Source of the DNA: Rhizophagus irregularis
Lineage: Eukaryota
Length of the DNA stretch: 64,000 nt
Direction: 5' to 3'
Assembly: GCF_026210795.1 (NCBI RefSeq)
Contig: NC_089430.1
Span: 2,542,001 to 2,606,000 of the forward strand
The translations under genes and the position numbers were made by a program. Shown here piece after piece: positions 25,137-38,195 of this stretch (positions are counted from its first letter, which is position 1; each line of letters begins with the position of its first letter). The notes below the pieces were generated by a model that searched no databases, had not been told where the DNA came from, and saw only the letters and a list, made by a program, of their open reading frames with translations.

Positions 25137-27551
25137 TTAATCTTTTTCAGATATACCTTTAGTTATATTTTTATTATTTTTTTTATTAACTAAATTTAAT
25201 TCCTTAGCTAAAAAAGGAAAATTGGTTCTAACCCAATTAATAATTTCATATTGATCTCTATTTTTAGAATGATCATGCAAGAAATTTAATAAAGTTCTAA
25301 TTATTTTAGAATTAGGTTGTATACCATCATCAATCATTTCAGACATTAAAACATTTTTTGCTTCATTAAATTTTTGATTTCTGGCTAAAGCTTCAAGGTA
25401 TGAAGCATAATTATTTTGATTTAAATTAAAATTCTTCTTTTTTAAATCATACCAAATTTGATTTAATCTAAATAATTGTTTATTAAAACCACAAGAATCC
25501 AAAACAATCGATACGGTAGCATTATTAACTAATAAATCACTTTCTTTAGAAGATATTACCAAGGAATCCCATAATTGTAATACATTATAACCATAACCAC
25601 ATCTATTATAGGCATCCATTAAAGAATTATATATGACAATATCAAATTGATCGAGATTCAAATCCATTCTAATTAATTGATGAATATTTTTTACGCCTTG
25701 TATATCATAAATTTTTCCAAATCCTCTAATTAATGAAGAATATGTGTAAGAATTTGGTTTTATACCTTTTTCTTTCATATCAACAAATATACGTTGAGAT
25801 TCTGACATATATGTCATTTTTGAAAAGGAATCTATTAGTATTGTGTAGCCACGTTGATCTAGTATTATATTATGATCTTTTGATTGATAATATATTTGTA
25901 ATGCCTCATTAATTTTTTCTTGTGATATTAATTTTTTGCATAATATTGTTATGTTTAAAATATTTAAAAAGTACCCTTGTTGAAGGAGATGTGAATAAAT
26001 TTCTAATGCATTAGTTATATCATCTTGGGTTAAGAAATAAGTGATTAATGTATTATAAAGTATACTAGAAGAGGAAGCGAATTGTTTGAAAAAATTTTTT
26101 GAGTGTTCTTTTCCTAGGTTTGAGAATAATGAAAACAATTTTCGCATGTTTAAAAAAGAATCCATTTTTTCATTAAATAATTTAAAAGCAATATCATTAT
26201 TTCCAGTATGATAATAAGCCGGTATAATCGAAGCTAGAGTAGCTGCATCATGAATAAACCCAATATCTACTAATTCCTCATATACCCTTAGAGCATTAGA
26301 AAACTCTTTTTCTTTAATCAAGTAATCTAACAAAGTATTAACAAATTTAATATTTCCTTTATGTTGTTGATGTTTAATCTGATTAAATAAATTTAGTACT
26401 TTTTGCAAGTTACCAGGTTCATAACAATAAATTTTTAATATTTTCGTATAAAGATGTGTATCCAATTCTATTCCACTGTCTTTAATATCTTTAAATAAAT
26501 TTTTTGCTTTATCCAAATGTCCATAATTTAAATATCCACTTAATAAGCAATCCAAAGTAAACTTATCTACTATTACTTCACATTTATCCAAACTGTTCCC
26601 CATCCTAGTTGTAGAATTACTCTTCATTTTCTCATAAATTCGTTCAGCTTGATTAATATCACCTAACTTAACATATATATCAATTAAAGAATTAAATGTT
26701 ACAGTATTAGGTTTAATTCCATACAATTTCATTTCCTCTAATACTTCTAATGCACTTTCAATATCTAATGACCATTGATATGACAATATTAACGAATTAA
26801 ATGTATATATGGTACATTCTATTTTATCTTCAAGCATCATTTTGTAGATTCTTCTTGATTCTTTAGTATCACCTTTAAGTGAATTCAAATAAATTAGTCT
26901 ATTATAGGTTGATGTATCTGGTTTATAACCTTGCTTTTTCATATCATTAAAAAGTGAATATATTATCGAAGTAGTTGAGGCTAGAGTTTGAGTTGATGAT
27001 GGCGGTGGACTAGTTGCCTTTTGTGTGAAATTTGCAGAACGAGTCAGCAAACTTATTGCATCCTGATAATCTGATTTTTTTAAACGATTCTGCCATTGTT
27101 GTCCTTTTTGTTCTTTTATTAATGTGTGATGTGTCATCATAAGTTTTTTCAGATCTCCTTCTTGAATTGCTTCCCTAAACCTAATTACCAATCTATCCAA
27201 TGAATAATTACCTACCCATGAACTATCCATCCCATTTTCTACACTTATATTCCTCTCATTATTCGTTTTTAAAAGAACTTCTCCCTCGTTTTTTTCTTCT
27301 CCTTGTTCTTTCTCAATTGATGTTGTTAAAGCAGAATATGTTGCATAATTGTATTGTACACTAGAATTTGAATTTGACGTTAAAGTTTGGTTAACTTTTA
27401 ATAATGGAGATATTCGCACTATTGAAAGTATTTTTGAATTTGCCGAATTTTCTTTAATGGTAGTCATGCTTCTTAAAGTTGTTGCAAACATTATTTTAGC
27501 TGTTGGAGAGGATACTATTGTTGGCCATTTTGTTAAAGTCAAATTTAACAT
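25137..27551 (-). CDS. Second PPR protein (about 804 aa from ATG 27551), intronless, probably mitochondrial
   Basis: Repeats PDTSTYNRLI, PNTVTFNSLIDIY, PNSYTYSSLIRGF, DIVIYNSLMDAY; Ser/Thr/basic leader. The ORF-track start at 27581 is a GTG. Confidence 0.93.
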   Translation of the reverse strand: MLNLTLTKWPTIVSSPTAKIMFATTLRSMTTIKENSANSKILSIVRISPLLKVNQTLTSNSNSSVQYNYATYSALTTSIEKEQGEEKNEGEVLLKTNNERNISVENGMDSSWVGNYSLDRLVIRFREAIQEGDLKKLMMTHHTLIKEQKGQQWQNRLKKSDYQDAISLLTRSANFTQKATSPPPSSTQTLASTTSIIYSLFNDMKKQGYKPDTSTYNRLIYLNSLKGDTKESRRIYKMMLEDKIECTIYTFNSLILSYQWSLDIESALEVLEEMKLYGIKPNTVTFNSLIDIYVKLGDINQAERIYEKMKSNSTTRMGNSLDKCEVIVDKFTLDCLLSGYLNYGHLDKAKNLFKDIKDSGIELDTHLYTKILKIYCYEPGNLQKVLNLFNQIKHQQHKGNIKFVNTLLDYLIKEKEFSNALRVYEELVDIGFIHDAATLASIIPAYYHTGNNDIAFKLFNEKMDSFLNMRKLFSLFSNLGKEHSKNFFKQFASSSSILYNTLITYFLTQDDITNALEIYSHLLQQGYFLNILNITILCKKLISQEKINEALQIYYQSKDHNIILDQRGYTILIDSFSKMTYMSESQRIFVDMKEKGIKPNSYTYSSLIRGFGKIYDIQGVKNIHQLIRMDLNLDQFDIVIYNSLMDAYNRCGYGYNVLQLWDSLVISSKESDLLVNNATVSIVLDSCGFNKQLFRLNQIWYDLKKKNFNLNQNNYASYLEALARNQKFNEAKNVLMSEMIDDGIQPNSKIIRTLLNFLHDHSKNRDQYEIINWVRTNFPFLAKELNLVNKKNNKNITKGISEKD

Positions 27552-27692
27552 TGTTGAAAAAGCAACAAGATCAACTAACACCAGGGTTCGATCAGTAATC
27601 TACCGATATACTGATGACGAAATTATCACGTGACTAAATGGTTTATAGTGAAATTGCAGAAATTACACGATAGTCTGAGTCTTTCATTAAAA

Positions 27693-30600
27693 ATGGATTA
27701 TTTAAAAAGAAAAAGATTTTGGTTCGCTTTATTATTTATCTTGTACACAACTTTTGTAAGTGCCGATGAACATTCTCATAAGGTACGTACCTCTTAGTAG
27801 TTACTGTTTCTGCATTTTAAAAGTCAATAACTATATCTACTTCTCTTAGTATGAAAAGGGTGAGGATATAATAATATGGGTTGATACTGTAGGTCCGCGT
27901 TCAAATCAGCAAGAAACTTACGAGTATTTTCAGTTACCATACTGTAAGGGAATTCATGTTTCTGGTAAGTATAAAGCTATTTTACTAAGATTGTTTGTAT
28001 ATTTATAACCCATTTTTCTTTTTCATAGAGCACCATCATGAAACGCTAGGTGAGGCATTGTTAGGTACGTATACGTTTTATGATCAGAAACTTAAATCGA
28101 AGGGATATGGAGAACTAGAAGATATTCAATACATTTCGTGATGAAGTAACTTCCTCTAACTCTCTTTTAGGTATGGAACTGGTAAATTCCGGGATCGGCA
28201 TGAAATTTCTGAGTGAGTATATCCTTTTATCTGAGTATTTGTATTGAAATAATGATATGATGGAATCATCTATTGGTTTTTATTATAATTTATACCGAAA
28301 AGAAAGATTTAATTACATATCATAAATAGATTAAGTTCTGAAGATTATAAAGGGAACTACCGATTTTTGTTATTAGATGATGTTGGAATCATAAATCAAT
28401 CAGGATCAATTAGTGCTTGTCTATTTCTTCCTTTCTTATTTCTTATTTATACAAAATTACTACTTTTAAATTATACGTATATTGGTTAATATTTTATAAT
28501 GTTTGTGTCTGATTATTATTATAGCAAACGAAAAAAATGCAACTATTTGTGAAAAGGAACTAACACCAAAGGACGTAAATCTGTTTCGATATGCTGTTGT
28601 TAATAATTATTGGTATCAAATGTTTCTTGGTAAGTGCATAAGACAAGCTTGATTTATTTTTCTTTTAATACTCTAATTATATTTTCCTTTCAGATGACTT
28701 GCCAATATGGGGTAAAATTTAAATCGTGTTGATGGTTTTCTGCTTAAATTAATTTTACACGAGATAATGTCTATTTATTATTGTAGGATTTGTTGGAGAA
28801 ATTGATAATATTTCAGGCGATGTGTTTTTGTATACGCACAGAGAATTTGAAGTGAACTATAATGGCGATAAAGTATAACAATGTTTTTTTTTTAATGTCA
28901 TCATTCTTTACTTTGTTATAGATATTTATTGTACTATTTCAGATTATTCAAGTGAAACTTGGAAGTGGAAACCCTATAAAATTGCACTGGGAGACACAGG
29001 ATATTCCTGTACGATTTTCATATTCTGTTAATTGGGTTGCAACTGATGATCCATTTGATACGAGATTTGATAAACTTTTGGATACCGAATTTTTTGAGCA
29101 TAAGGTATTTGAAATTTTTATGTGTAAGTACTAAGTTACGAAATAATATTTTTTCTTAAGCTTGTCAAGGTAAACTTATATAATTCTTATTTGAAAAATA
29201 GATCCATTGGTTTTCAATTTTCAATTCCTTTATTATGGTTATTTTTTTGGCAGGCTTTGTCAGTATTATATTACTACGCATGCTAAAGAAAGACTATGCT
29301 AGATATGATAAGGAAGAGACACTTGGAGATTTGGTAATTTATATATATTATTTTTTTTTTTTTAATAAAATTAATTATTTGTAACATTTTCTTGTAGGAT
29401 CATGACTTAGGCGATGAATATGGCTGGAAACAAGTTCATGGAGATGTGTTTCGTGCGCCAAGATCGTTACTACTTTTCTCAGCATTAGTCGGAACTGGTC
29501 ACCAACTAGTATGGCTAACGCTTGTAATCATTTTATATACAATCATCGGAAATTTATACGCAGAGTGAATATCGACTCCAAACTTCAATTTGGATTGAAC
29601 CGCTGTATGATAGATAACCTTTTGGGATTGGGAATCTGAAAATTTAATGAATAAAATTAACGATTATTAAAATAATAATAATAATAATAATTTTTTTAAT
29701 TCATCTAGACGTGCTACTATTTTGACTGCTTCAATCTTCTTTTATACATTAACCTCAGCGGTTGCTGGGTATACAAGTGCAAGCACTTATCAAGTGTATG
29801 GAGGTAAATTGAATTTTCGAATATTATTGTTAATTAAATAAGAAAAAAACTAATAATTCGGGTTTAAACTATATTTATTATAGGTCGTGATTGGATAAAG
29901 AATGTTATAGCTACGGCTACTTTGTGGCCTGGAATACTTAGCGTAATCACTATAATAATCAATTCCATAGCTGTATATTATTCTAGCTCACGTGCTATTC
30001 CTTTCACAGTTATGGTATGCTAAAAATATGATTCTATAATGCATTTACTACCAATTAACGTACGTGTTTGTTTGTACTTAGTTGGCAATGTTTGCAATTT
30101 GGTCATTCCTTGTGTTTCCATTAACATTGCTTGGAGCAATTCTTTGTCGTAATTGGGCAAGTCAACCAAGTTTTCCCTGTCGCGTTAATCCAATTCCTAG
30201 GCCTATCCCCGAAAAAGTTTGGTAAATATGTATTTATCTTTATAAAATAAAATGTTATTAATTTAATGTATTAAAATGTATATAAATATAGGTATGCCGA
30301 ATCCCTTGTAGTTATAGCTCTTGGTGGAATCCTTCCGTTCGCATCAATTTTCATTGAGATTTATTTTATCTTCTCATCATTCTGGGCATACAAGATTTAT
30401 TATGTTTATGGATTTATGTTGTTTGTTTTCATAATTCTTCTCATTGTAACAGCATGCGTTACCATAGTTAGCACATATATTTTACTCAATTCTGAGGACC
30501 ATCGATGGTATGTTAGAAGTATATACATGTATGCATATAGAAAAATGCTTAACAAACTTTTTAATCATATTAAAGGCACTGGATGAGTTTCTTAACTTGT

Positions 30601-30942
30601 GGATCTACTGCAGTATACGTTTATCTGTATTCTATATATTATTTTATTAACAGAACCAAGTAAGTTTAGGAGAGGATTTGTAAATATTATATATTTTTAT
30701 TAATCATACCTTATTATTTTTAGAATGTATGGTCTCTTTCAGACCTCATTTTATTTTGGAAATACGGCTATAGTATGTTTTGGACTATTTGTTATGTTAG
30801 GTAAATAATATAATTCTTTGACCTTTCTCGTTTTTTTTCTTAATAGTAAAATTTTAACATTTATTATGAAATAGGTACCATCGGATATTTTGCAGCAGAC
30901 AAATTTGTTAGAACAATTTATAAGAATGTTAAACTAGACTAG
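27693..30942 (+). CDS. TM9SF3: Transmembrane 9 superfamily (nonaspanin/Emp70) member, TM9SF3-like, many exons
   Basis: Signal peptide then [22 protein letters not shown]...[49 protein letters not shown]-terminus [12 protein letters not shown]. Confidence 0.93.
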
Positions 30943-31475
30943 TGAAATTCTTTCTGCTTTTTTTTTGGATACAAGAAATATATATATATATAGTGTTCTT
31001 AATATTATTTTATATTACTGTTCTTAATTATTATTTTATATTACTAATATTCAAATAACTGATAATAATTATAATTATTACTTATTTAAAGACAAGATGA
31101 TTTATAATAGTTTATTTTTTAGAAAGAAATAATTATCTTATAAGTTCATTATTTTATGTGAATAAAATTGAAAGCCAAAAGTCTGTAATTGTTATTAATT
31201 TCAGTATCATCCTTATATCTTTTTAATAGTAAAAAATAATTAAATCAGCCTTTAAAATTATAAAATACAAAAAAAAAAAAAAATTCTTACTAACTTACCT
31301 ATATCATATCATATACAATATTTAATTCTATCCTACTATAAACCAAAAAATAAAATGAAGTAGAAATAAAAATAAAAATAAAAAGTCTAAAGCAAATAAA
31401 ATATATTATTGATTTATATAATCAAGTATTTGTTAGTAATATTGTGGCTGATTTACAAAGAAACAACAATAAATA

Positions 31476-32536
31476 TTAAGATTTTAATGCATGTAATCTA
31501 GCTTGCATCTCATCTAATGCGGCAGGTTCTTCTTCCTCTTCCAATTCTGGGTTCTAATGGGAATAACAAATTAAATCAATATTATAATTCAAAAGAAGTT
31601 GTTGTTAAATAGAATTTTACCTCTAATGGAACGGCACCAGCTTCACCAAGCAATCCTACAAAGAAATTTTTTAAACTCTCTTTCACAGTTTTTAAAAAAT
31701 CAAGATAAAATAGTTGAATTTTTTCAATACCCTTTGTAACTTCAAATAAAACTTTATTAACTTCTTCATCAGCTTCTTCCTCAATATCACTATCTTCCAT
31801 TAATTCGAAAGTATCTCCTATCATTTCATCGATAATACCAGCCTAATCACGAAAGGTGTTAAATAACTACTTTTTCGATAAAATAAAATGGAGATTACAT
31901 ATATTACCTTTGTCATTTCCATTGATAATTCTTGCATTCCCTTTGATAATTCTGGTAGTCTGGCTAATCCATTAACCATTTTCATTACTTCAGTACTTTT
32001 TTTTAATGATCCGGATACTTTAAGAGTAGCTATTATATTTAAAAAAATGAATGTAATAAACATAATTTTTCTCCTCTCATAATACTCGTTTTAAAATTTA
32101 TTCTTTAAAAATACTTACCTAATTGGTTTTGTAGTTGTAATTGAATAGAATTCAATTGTGCTTTACTAGTATATAATCTAGTTTTTTGACGTCTTGTCCT
32201 AATAAGTTCTTTAGCAAATAATTTACAAGCTTTTGAATCATTTTTTTTAGCGTGTTGTTTTAATAAATTTGTTGTTTTTTTTTCTACTTCTTCGAAATCT
32301 CTAATTTGTCGTTCTAACGAACGTTGTTGTGTTCTTATTTCTCTTTGCCACTTCTTTACCTTACGTTAAAAAGAAAAAAAGGAAAGTATAAAGTTACTGT
32401 AATGCAAAAAAGTTTTTGTTACGACAACCAATAAGGCTGACTGAACGAGATTTAGCCAAAAAAGTAATTACTTTTTGATTATTACCATTTCATCTTGCGT
32501 AGGCTTTTTTCCGAAAAGCTTCTGTACAGATTCCAT
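31476..32536 (-). CDS. VPS24: ESCRT-III subunit Vps24/CHMP3, multi-exon
   Basis: VKKWQREIRTQQRSLERQIR...ACKLFAKELIRTRRQKTRLYTSKAQLNSI...GSLKKSTEVMKMVN...SMEMTKAGIIDEM...MQARLHALKS*. Confidence 0.96.
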
Positions 32537-32899
32537 TATATTAAAGCAAGAAAATAGTTCAAAAAATGAAAGTTGGAAAAATTAATCTATAGGTAGGTGC
32601 GAGGTTCAATGATCTACATAAAAAGCGTATGTGATTTTCTTGTTCTACAACAATTTTTTTTTATATTTTTTATTAAAAAACCTGTTGAGTTTCAAAATTA
32701 CATATTGAGACAAATATATTTTTAAATATACCCTTCCCCACCGAAAATTATCACGAAGTGATCAAAGTGACGAATTCACAAAGAGATAAATGAAATAGTT
32801 TTATAGTTCTATACAGTATCAAAAAAAAATTCATTCGACTAGAATATCGTAGTAACGTGACTATTGTTGAACGTGATAATCAGTCCTCTTTTCAATCGC

Positions 32900-34230
32900 G
32901 TTATAGGAAAACCCCCCGAAACAGATCTTGAAAGACAGAAACAACACCACCTCCCGCAATTTCTAGACCTTTACCTCGTCTCCAATATCGGTCCCACCCT
33001 TAACTTCAAAGAGTTTCCGGACCTGTATCCTTATTGGAACAATGAAGTTGCGGAGGTTGAGGTTGCCCACAGACATTTTAATAACACAATTCTCTCAAAT
33101 GACAATTTTATGTATGAATGAATTATCTCATCGCATCGTATTTATCTGCCAGCTGCTAGGATAATGGTCTGCCGGGTAAATAAATATTGATTTAACTAAC
33201 TTGAATCATTCATTTTTCAGATACATATCAAGAAAACAATCAAAATAAACAAAAATAAGTGCGCCGAACTCGCAATTTCTTCCGGGAAACCTTGTTTTGA
33301 TAATAGATAGGTCGCATTAAGATGGTTCACAACATGGTTACTGTCAGGATCATGGAATTACTAACCATTTTTTCCTAAAGCTAAAAATTAGATATAAATC
33401 TTTACGGATAAAGTGCCTTATGAATTATTGGATCATACAGTTTCAAGCAGGTTAAATATGAGGTCATTGCAGGAAATCGAGAAAGAAAAATTCATTTCTA
33501 TTATGCATCATTTGACAAACTGTGTTCATATTGCCATGAAGAACTTCATTTTTATGTTAATACATAAAAAGTTCTCCTTGATGATGATCCAGACCAATAA
33601 TGTTATAAGGGTTTCGCCACGAATGCCAAAGACACGATCACAGTTGAACAGATAAGAATGGCAAAGCTTTGATTCGAAGTTAAATGTACAGTATGAGGAA
33701 ACTTTGGAATTGGAAATTTATTTAGTAAGCTCACTGGTACCATGCGTAGCCAAATTTTTTTTTTCCGAGTATAGTTTACTTATTACGAAGTTTCTTTGTG
33801 ACTACTAGAGCACCAGCAAAGAAGGTAATTCTATGAAACAACCAAACTTAAGAAAAATGCAGCTTTATGGTTGGCTCGTATTTTTTGATACTACAACATT
33901 TAATAGTACACGGATGTTAAATGATGAGTTGGGTGCGTGCTAGATTTAGGAAACGATTGGTAATTAAGATATGAAAATCTACATACAAGCAGTAGTTATG
34001 GGTGTGGAATTTGAATTAATAGTCATAAATGGCGCCCAGGGAACTCTCCTGAAGACGCTGCTTGATGAAGCCTTATTATGTAACATAACTATGCTAATTT
34101 GCTAATTGGTTGACTAACTATAGCTATAGGCCGTTCTCAAGCATCTCCTTCAGATCAGATAGTGATGTCATTGCGTTCAAGTATCACAATCAATAACGAG
34201 ATCAATAAAATTATAAGCTCAAGCATAGTT
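32900..34230 (+). pseudogene. Decayed coding-like remnant of uncertain identity
   Basis: Higher GC, codon-like fragments (e.g. EFPDLYPYWNNEVAEVEVAHRHF) with many stops and no coherent gene model. Confidence 0.3.
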
Positions 34231-35037
34231 TGACATTAAGCAACAGATTTTTTTATTTTTTTTTATAATAATGATAACTTGGGTAATTCTTGCATAATAA
34301 TAATTTTCTATATTAAAAAATCTTGCTCATTTTTATACTAATAGTAAATTAAATTTAAATGATAATTGAGCGTTTTATCTCAATTTTAATATCAATGAAG
34401 ATCATTGAAGAAAAAAGTGGTTTTTTAGCTCATCAAAATGGGACATTTTTTGACCAATCAGATCACTATCAAAAGAACCCCCATAGTTGATCAATTCAAT
34501 CCATATATACAGTACTAGTAAAAATGATCGATTTTTCAGCCTAATATGGATATTAATTTTGCACGGGTAAACTGTAATTCGATGAGGCTAGTATAACTTC
34601 TTTTTTATCTAAATTCAACTTTATAGCTAAAAATGTGAATTGGAAAAATGGTCCAATTTTGGTTTTTTATCAACTTCAACAAAAGGCGCTCTCTTTTTTT
34701 TTTTGAAAAAAGTGACGTTACAGATGTAAAAAACCACATGAAATCGGTTTTAAATTTCAGAGCCATTTTACTTTATTCCGATTTTTACTGCCAGCCAAAT
34801 TTCTTTATTTTTTTTGCAATTTCGGGATATATCGTAAACATTCATATAACACTAATTGAATGAAAATCAAATATGGGGAACAAATTTTAAATTTGGTTAG
34901 ATCAAAAAGGTTAAGATTTACTGAATTCGGTATAAGCTTTTTTAAAAAAAGCCCCAATTCATTTTCGGATGTCTTGCAGGCAATCTTATTAGTATTTCGG
35001 AAAATTTATAATTATAAAGTAGGTCATGAGTGATATT

Positions 35038-35360
35038 CCGTTCCGTTCCGATTGGATAATGAAGAGCATACGGTATTTATCCGTTCCGGCCCGTTCCGAT
35101 ATAGAATTTTTTTTTCACATGGCGGACAATTACGGATAACACAACAGCTATACATTACATAAGCAATCCCGCCCCGGAAAAATAATTGTCGATCAATTCT
35201 AATTCACAAAAAAAAAAAAAAAAATGTGTGAGAAAAAAAAATCGGATGATAGACCAAAGTTGGGCGAACAAAAAAAAATTGTTCTTGTTTCAGGGAGTTT
35301 TCATTAATGGCAAAATTAATTGAGCGGTTTTCCAATCCAATGCTCCGCCGAACTTTTCCG
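35038..35360. promoter_or_regulatory. Cluster of five CCG-N7-CCG motifs upstream of PCK1 (Zn2Cys6 AcuK/AcuM-type sites)
   Basis: CCG-N7-CCG at 35038-35050, 35081-35093, 35086-35098 and 35348-35360; CGG-N7-CGG at 35123-35135; all in otherwise very AT-rich DNA. Confidence 0.7.
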
Positions 35361-35543
35361 ATAATCATACAAATAGCTTATGCATTTTACTTTTATAGTA
35401 GCTATTTATATTACGTCTATCTTATTATACTTGCCACTTGGCGACTAGTTGATATAACATAATATTTTGTCATTCCAGTTCTAGTTTAAATAATTATCAT
35501 TCGAGTAAACGCGGGCGGTTTAGATAAAATATATTTTATAACC

Positions 35544-37566
35544 ATGAATTCTTTACGCCGTCTTGTATATAAACATCAAGTTTCAACTCGACTTATTAAT
35601 GCTTCTGCTTCAAAAAGATTTACTACAGCTAATTACTCAAAGTCTTACAAATTCAAAACCAATAATAACTTTGATAATTTTAAGTCGATAAAAGTCAATA
35701 ATCATTCTTCCTATAATTTATTAAAAGAGCTTGCTTTAAAAAGCACTGTTAGTAAACCTTTTTCTTCAACAAGCACAATGCTTCATACAAGAGTCGAAGA
35801 AGAACTTCACGAAAATGCTCATATCGATTATGACCGTGTAGATATTCAATGGAATCCTTCAGTTGCACAATTATATGAGGATGCTTTAAAATATGAAACT
35901 GGTTCTGCAATTTCTTCAACTGGGGCTTTGGTAACAGCGTCTGGTATTAAAACTGGTCGTTCTCCAAAAGATAAACGCATTGTTGACGAACCTGGTTCAA
36001 CTAATGATATCTGGGTTAGTATAGATTCCACCAGAGACTTGAGCTTAACATTTACATCGCGTTAAAAAATATTGTGTACTAATAAATATGATTAATAGTG
36101 GGGACCTGTTAACACTAAGTTACCAGAACATGTTTTCCTTATCAATCGTGAACGCGCTGTTGATTATTTGAATACTCGTTCACGTATTTATGTTTTTGAT
36201 GGTTTTGCCGGATGGGATCCGAAATATCGCATCAAGGTTCGTGTCGTTTCAGCTCGCGCCTACCACTCCCTATTCATGCGAAATATGTTAATAAGACCTA
36301 CTCCGCAAGAACTTGAAACTTATGGGTCTCCTGATTTCACTATTTATAATGCTGGTGCTTTTCCAGCAAATCGTTACACAACTGGTATGACTTCAACTAC
36401 TTCAGTTTCCATCAATTTCCATATGAACGAAATGGTAATCCTTGGTACTGAATATGCTGGTGAAATGAAAAAAGGAGTGTAAGTGAAAGAATTTTTAGAA
36501 TCCATGAATTATATTCGTCATTACTGCAATTAAATTTTAATTTTCGCCTTTTCTCCTTAATAGCTTCACTGTAATGCATTATTTGATGCCTGTTAAGCAT
36601 AACGTTTTATCATTACATTCATCTGCAAATGAAGGTTCAAATGGAGATGTTTCAATTTTCTTTGGTCTTTCCGGTACCGGAAAGACTACGCTCTCCGCTG
36701 ATCCAAAACGCTTCTTGATTGGTGATGATGAGCATTGTTGGTCAGATCACGGTATCTTTAATATTGAAGGGGGTTGTTACGCCAAATGTATTAATTTATC
36801 TTCCGAAAAAGAGCCAGAAATTTTCAATGCTATCCGTTTTGGTTCGGTCTTGGAAAATGTTGTATACGATTCACATACCAGAGTCGTGAATTATGACGAT
36901 TCTTCACTTACGGAAAACACTCGATGTGCCTACCCAATCGAGTATATTCCGAATGCAAAAATACCGTGTATTTCATCAGATCATCCAAAGAATATCATTT
37001 TATTGACATGTGACGCCTACGGAGTTCTCCCACCAGTATCAAAATTATCTTCATCACAAGCTATGTATCATTTTATTTCCGGTTATACCGCAAAGATTGC
37101 GGGTACTGAAGAGGGAGTGACAGAACCAGAGGCTACCTTCTCCGCATGTTTTGGACAACCTTTCCTTGTATTACATCCTTATCGATATGCTAAAATGTTG
37201 GCAGACAAAATGGAGCATCATAAAGCTGATGCTTGGTTAATTAATACGGGATGGAACGGGGGAGCATATGGTGTAGGAGAGCGTATTAAACTTAAATATT
37301 CTCGAGCTATCATTGATGCTATTCATTCCGGTGAATTAACTAAAGCAGAATATGAAAATTACGATGTCTTTAATCTTCAAATTCCAAAATCATGTTCCGG
37401 AGTTCCAACAGATATTTTGAATCCTTCAAAAACTTGGAAAGGTCCTCAAGAAACTTTCACTAAAACCCGAGATTCGTTAGCTGCGAGATTTGTTGAAAAT
37501 TTCAAATTATATCAAGAACAAACCGATTCAGAAGTTGTTCATTCTGGTCCAATTCTTCCAAAATAG
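35544..37566 (+). CDS. PCK1: Phosphoenolpyruvate carboxykinase (ATP), 3 exons
   Basis: [81 protein letters not shown]. Confidence 0.98.
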
Positions 37567-38195
37567 CTTTTTCGAAAACATAAAATAGGTTAGGAATACA
37601 AATAATTTTTTTTAACCTTTTATACATTTATTGGAATCTAAACTAATTTTTTGTTTGGGTCAATTTGTTAATTTAAATTGTTATGTGTAATAAAAAGAGT
37701 TGGAAATGCCCAAATTTTCATTTCAAAATTCTGAATTACCAAATTGTTAAACATGCTTCTCTGCATTAAACCAATGGAAAGTTTTGAACCTATAAATCCT
37801 AATATTTAGCGTGTATCTTTAAACTCTCGAAACACGTGACTCGAAATTTAAATTTGAATATGAAAAGTAAAAAGTGATATTCTTATATACTAGAAAGTAA
37901 TTATATAGAAATTTAACATAAATTATTATATAATTTTTATATTCTTACATTTTAATATTTTGATATTTTTAATTTTGACTAATATTTTCAAACTTTAACC
38001 TTTTAATAACTGATTTCAATTTCCACAATTATTACCAATTACTAATATTTCTCACTTTTCTATTTTTTTTATAACTTGCTTTTCTGGATCAAATTTATAT
38101 TTTACATCAATATTTTTTTTTATTATTATTCATTTCACTTTATATAAATTTTATTTATTTAGATATTATAGAGTATAATAACCAATTTTTCTATA

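Noticed and set aside
28219..28228. ATATCCTTTT resembling a U12 AT-AC donor in TM9SF3
   Set aside because: A GT donor at 28213 with AG at about 28523 already gives the correct frame, and I saw no clear U12 branch site.
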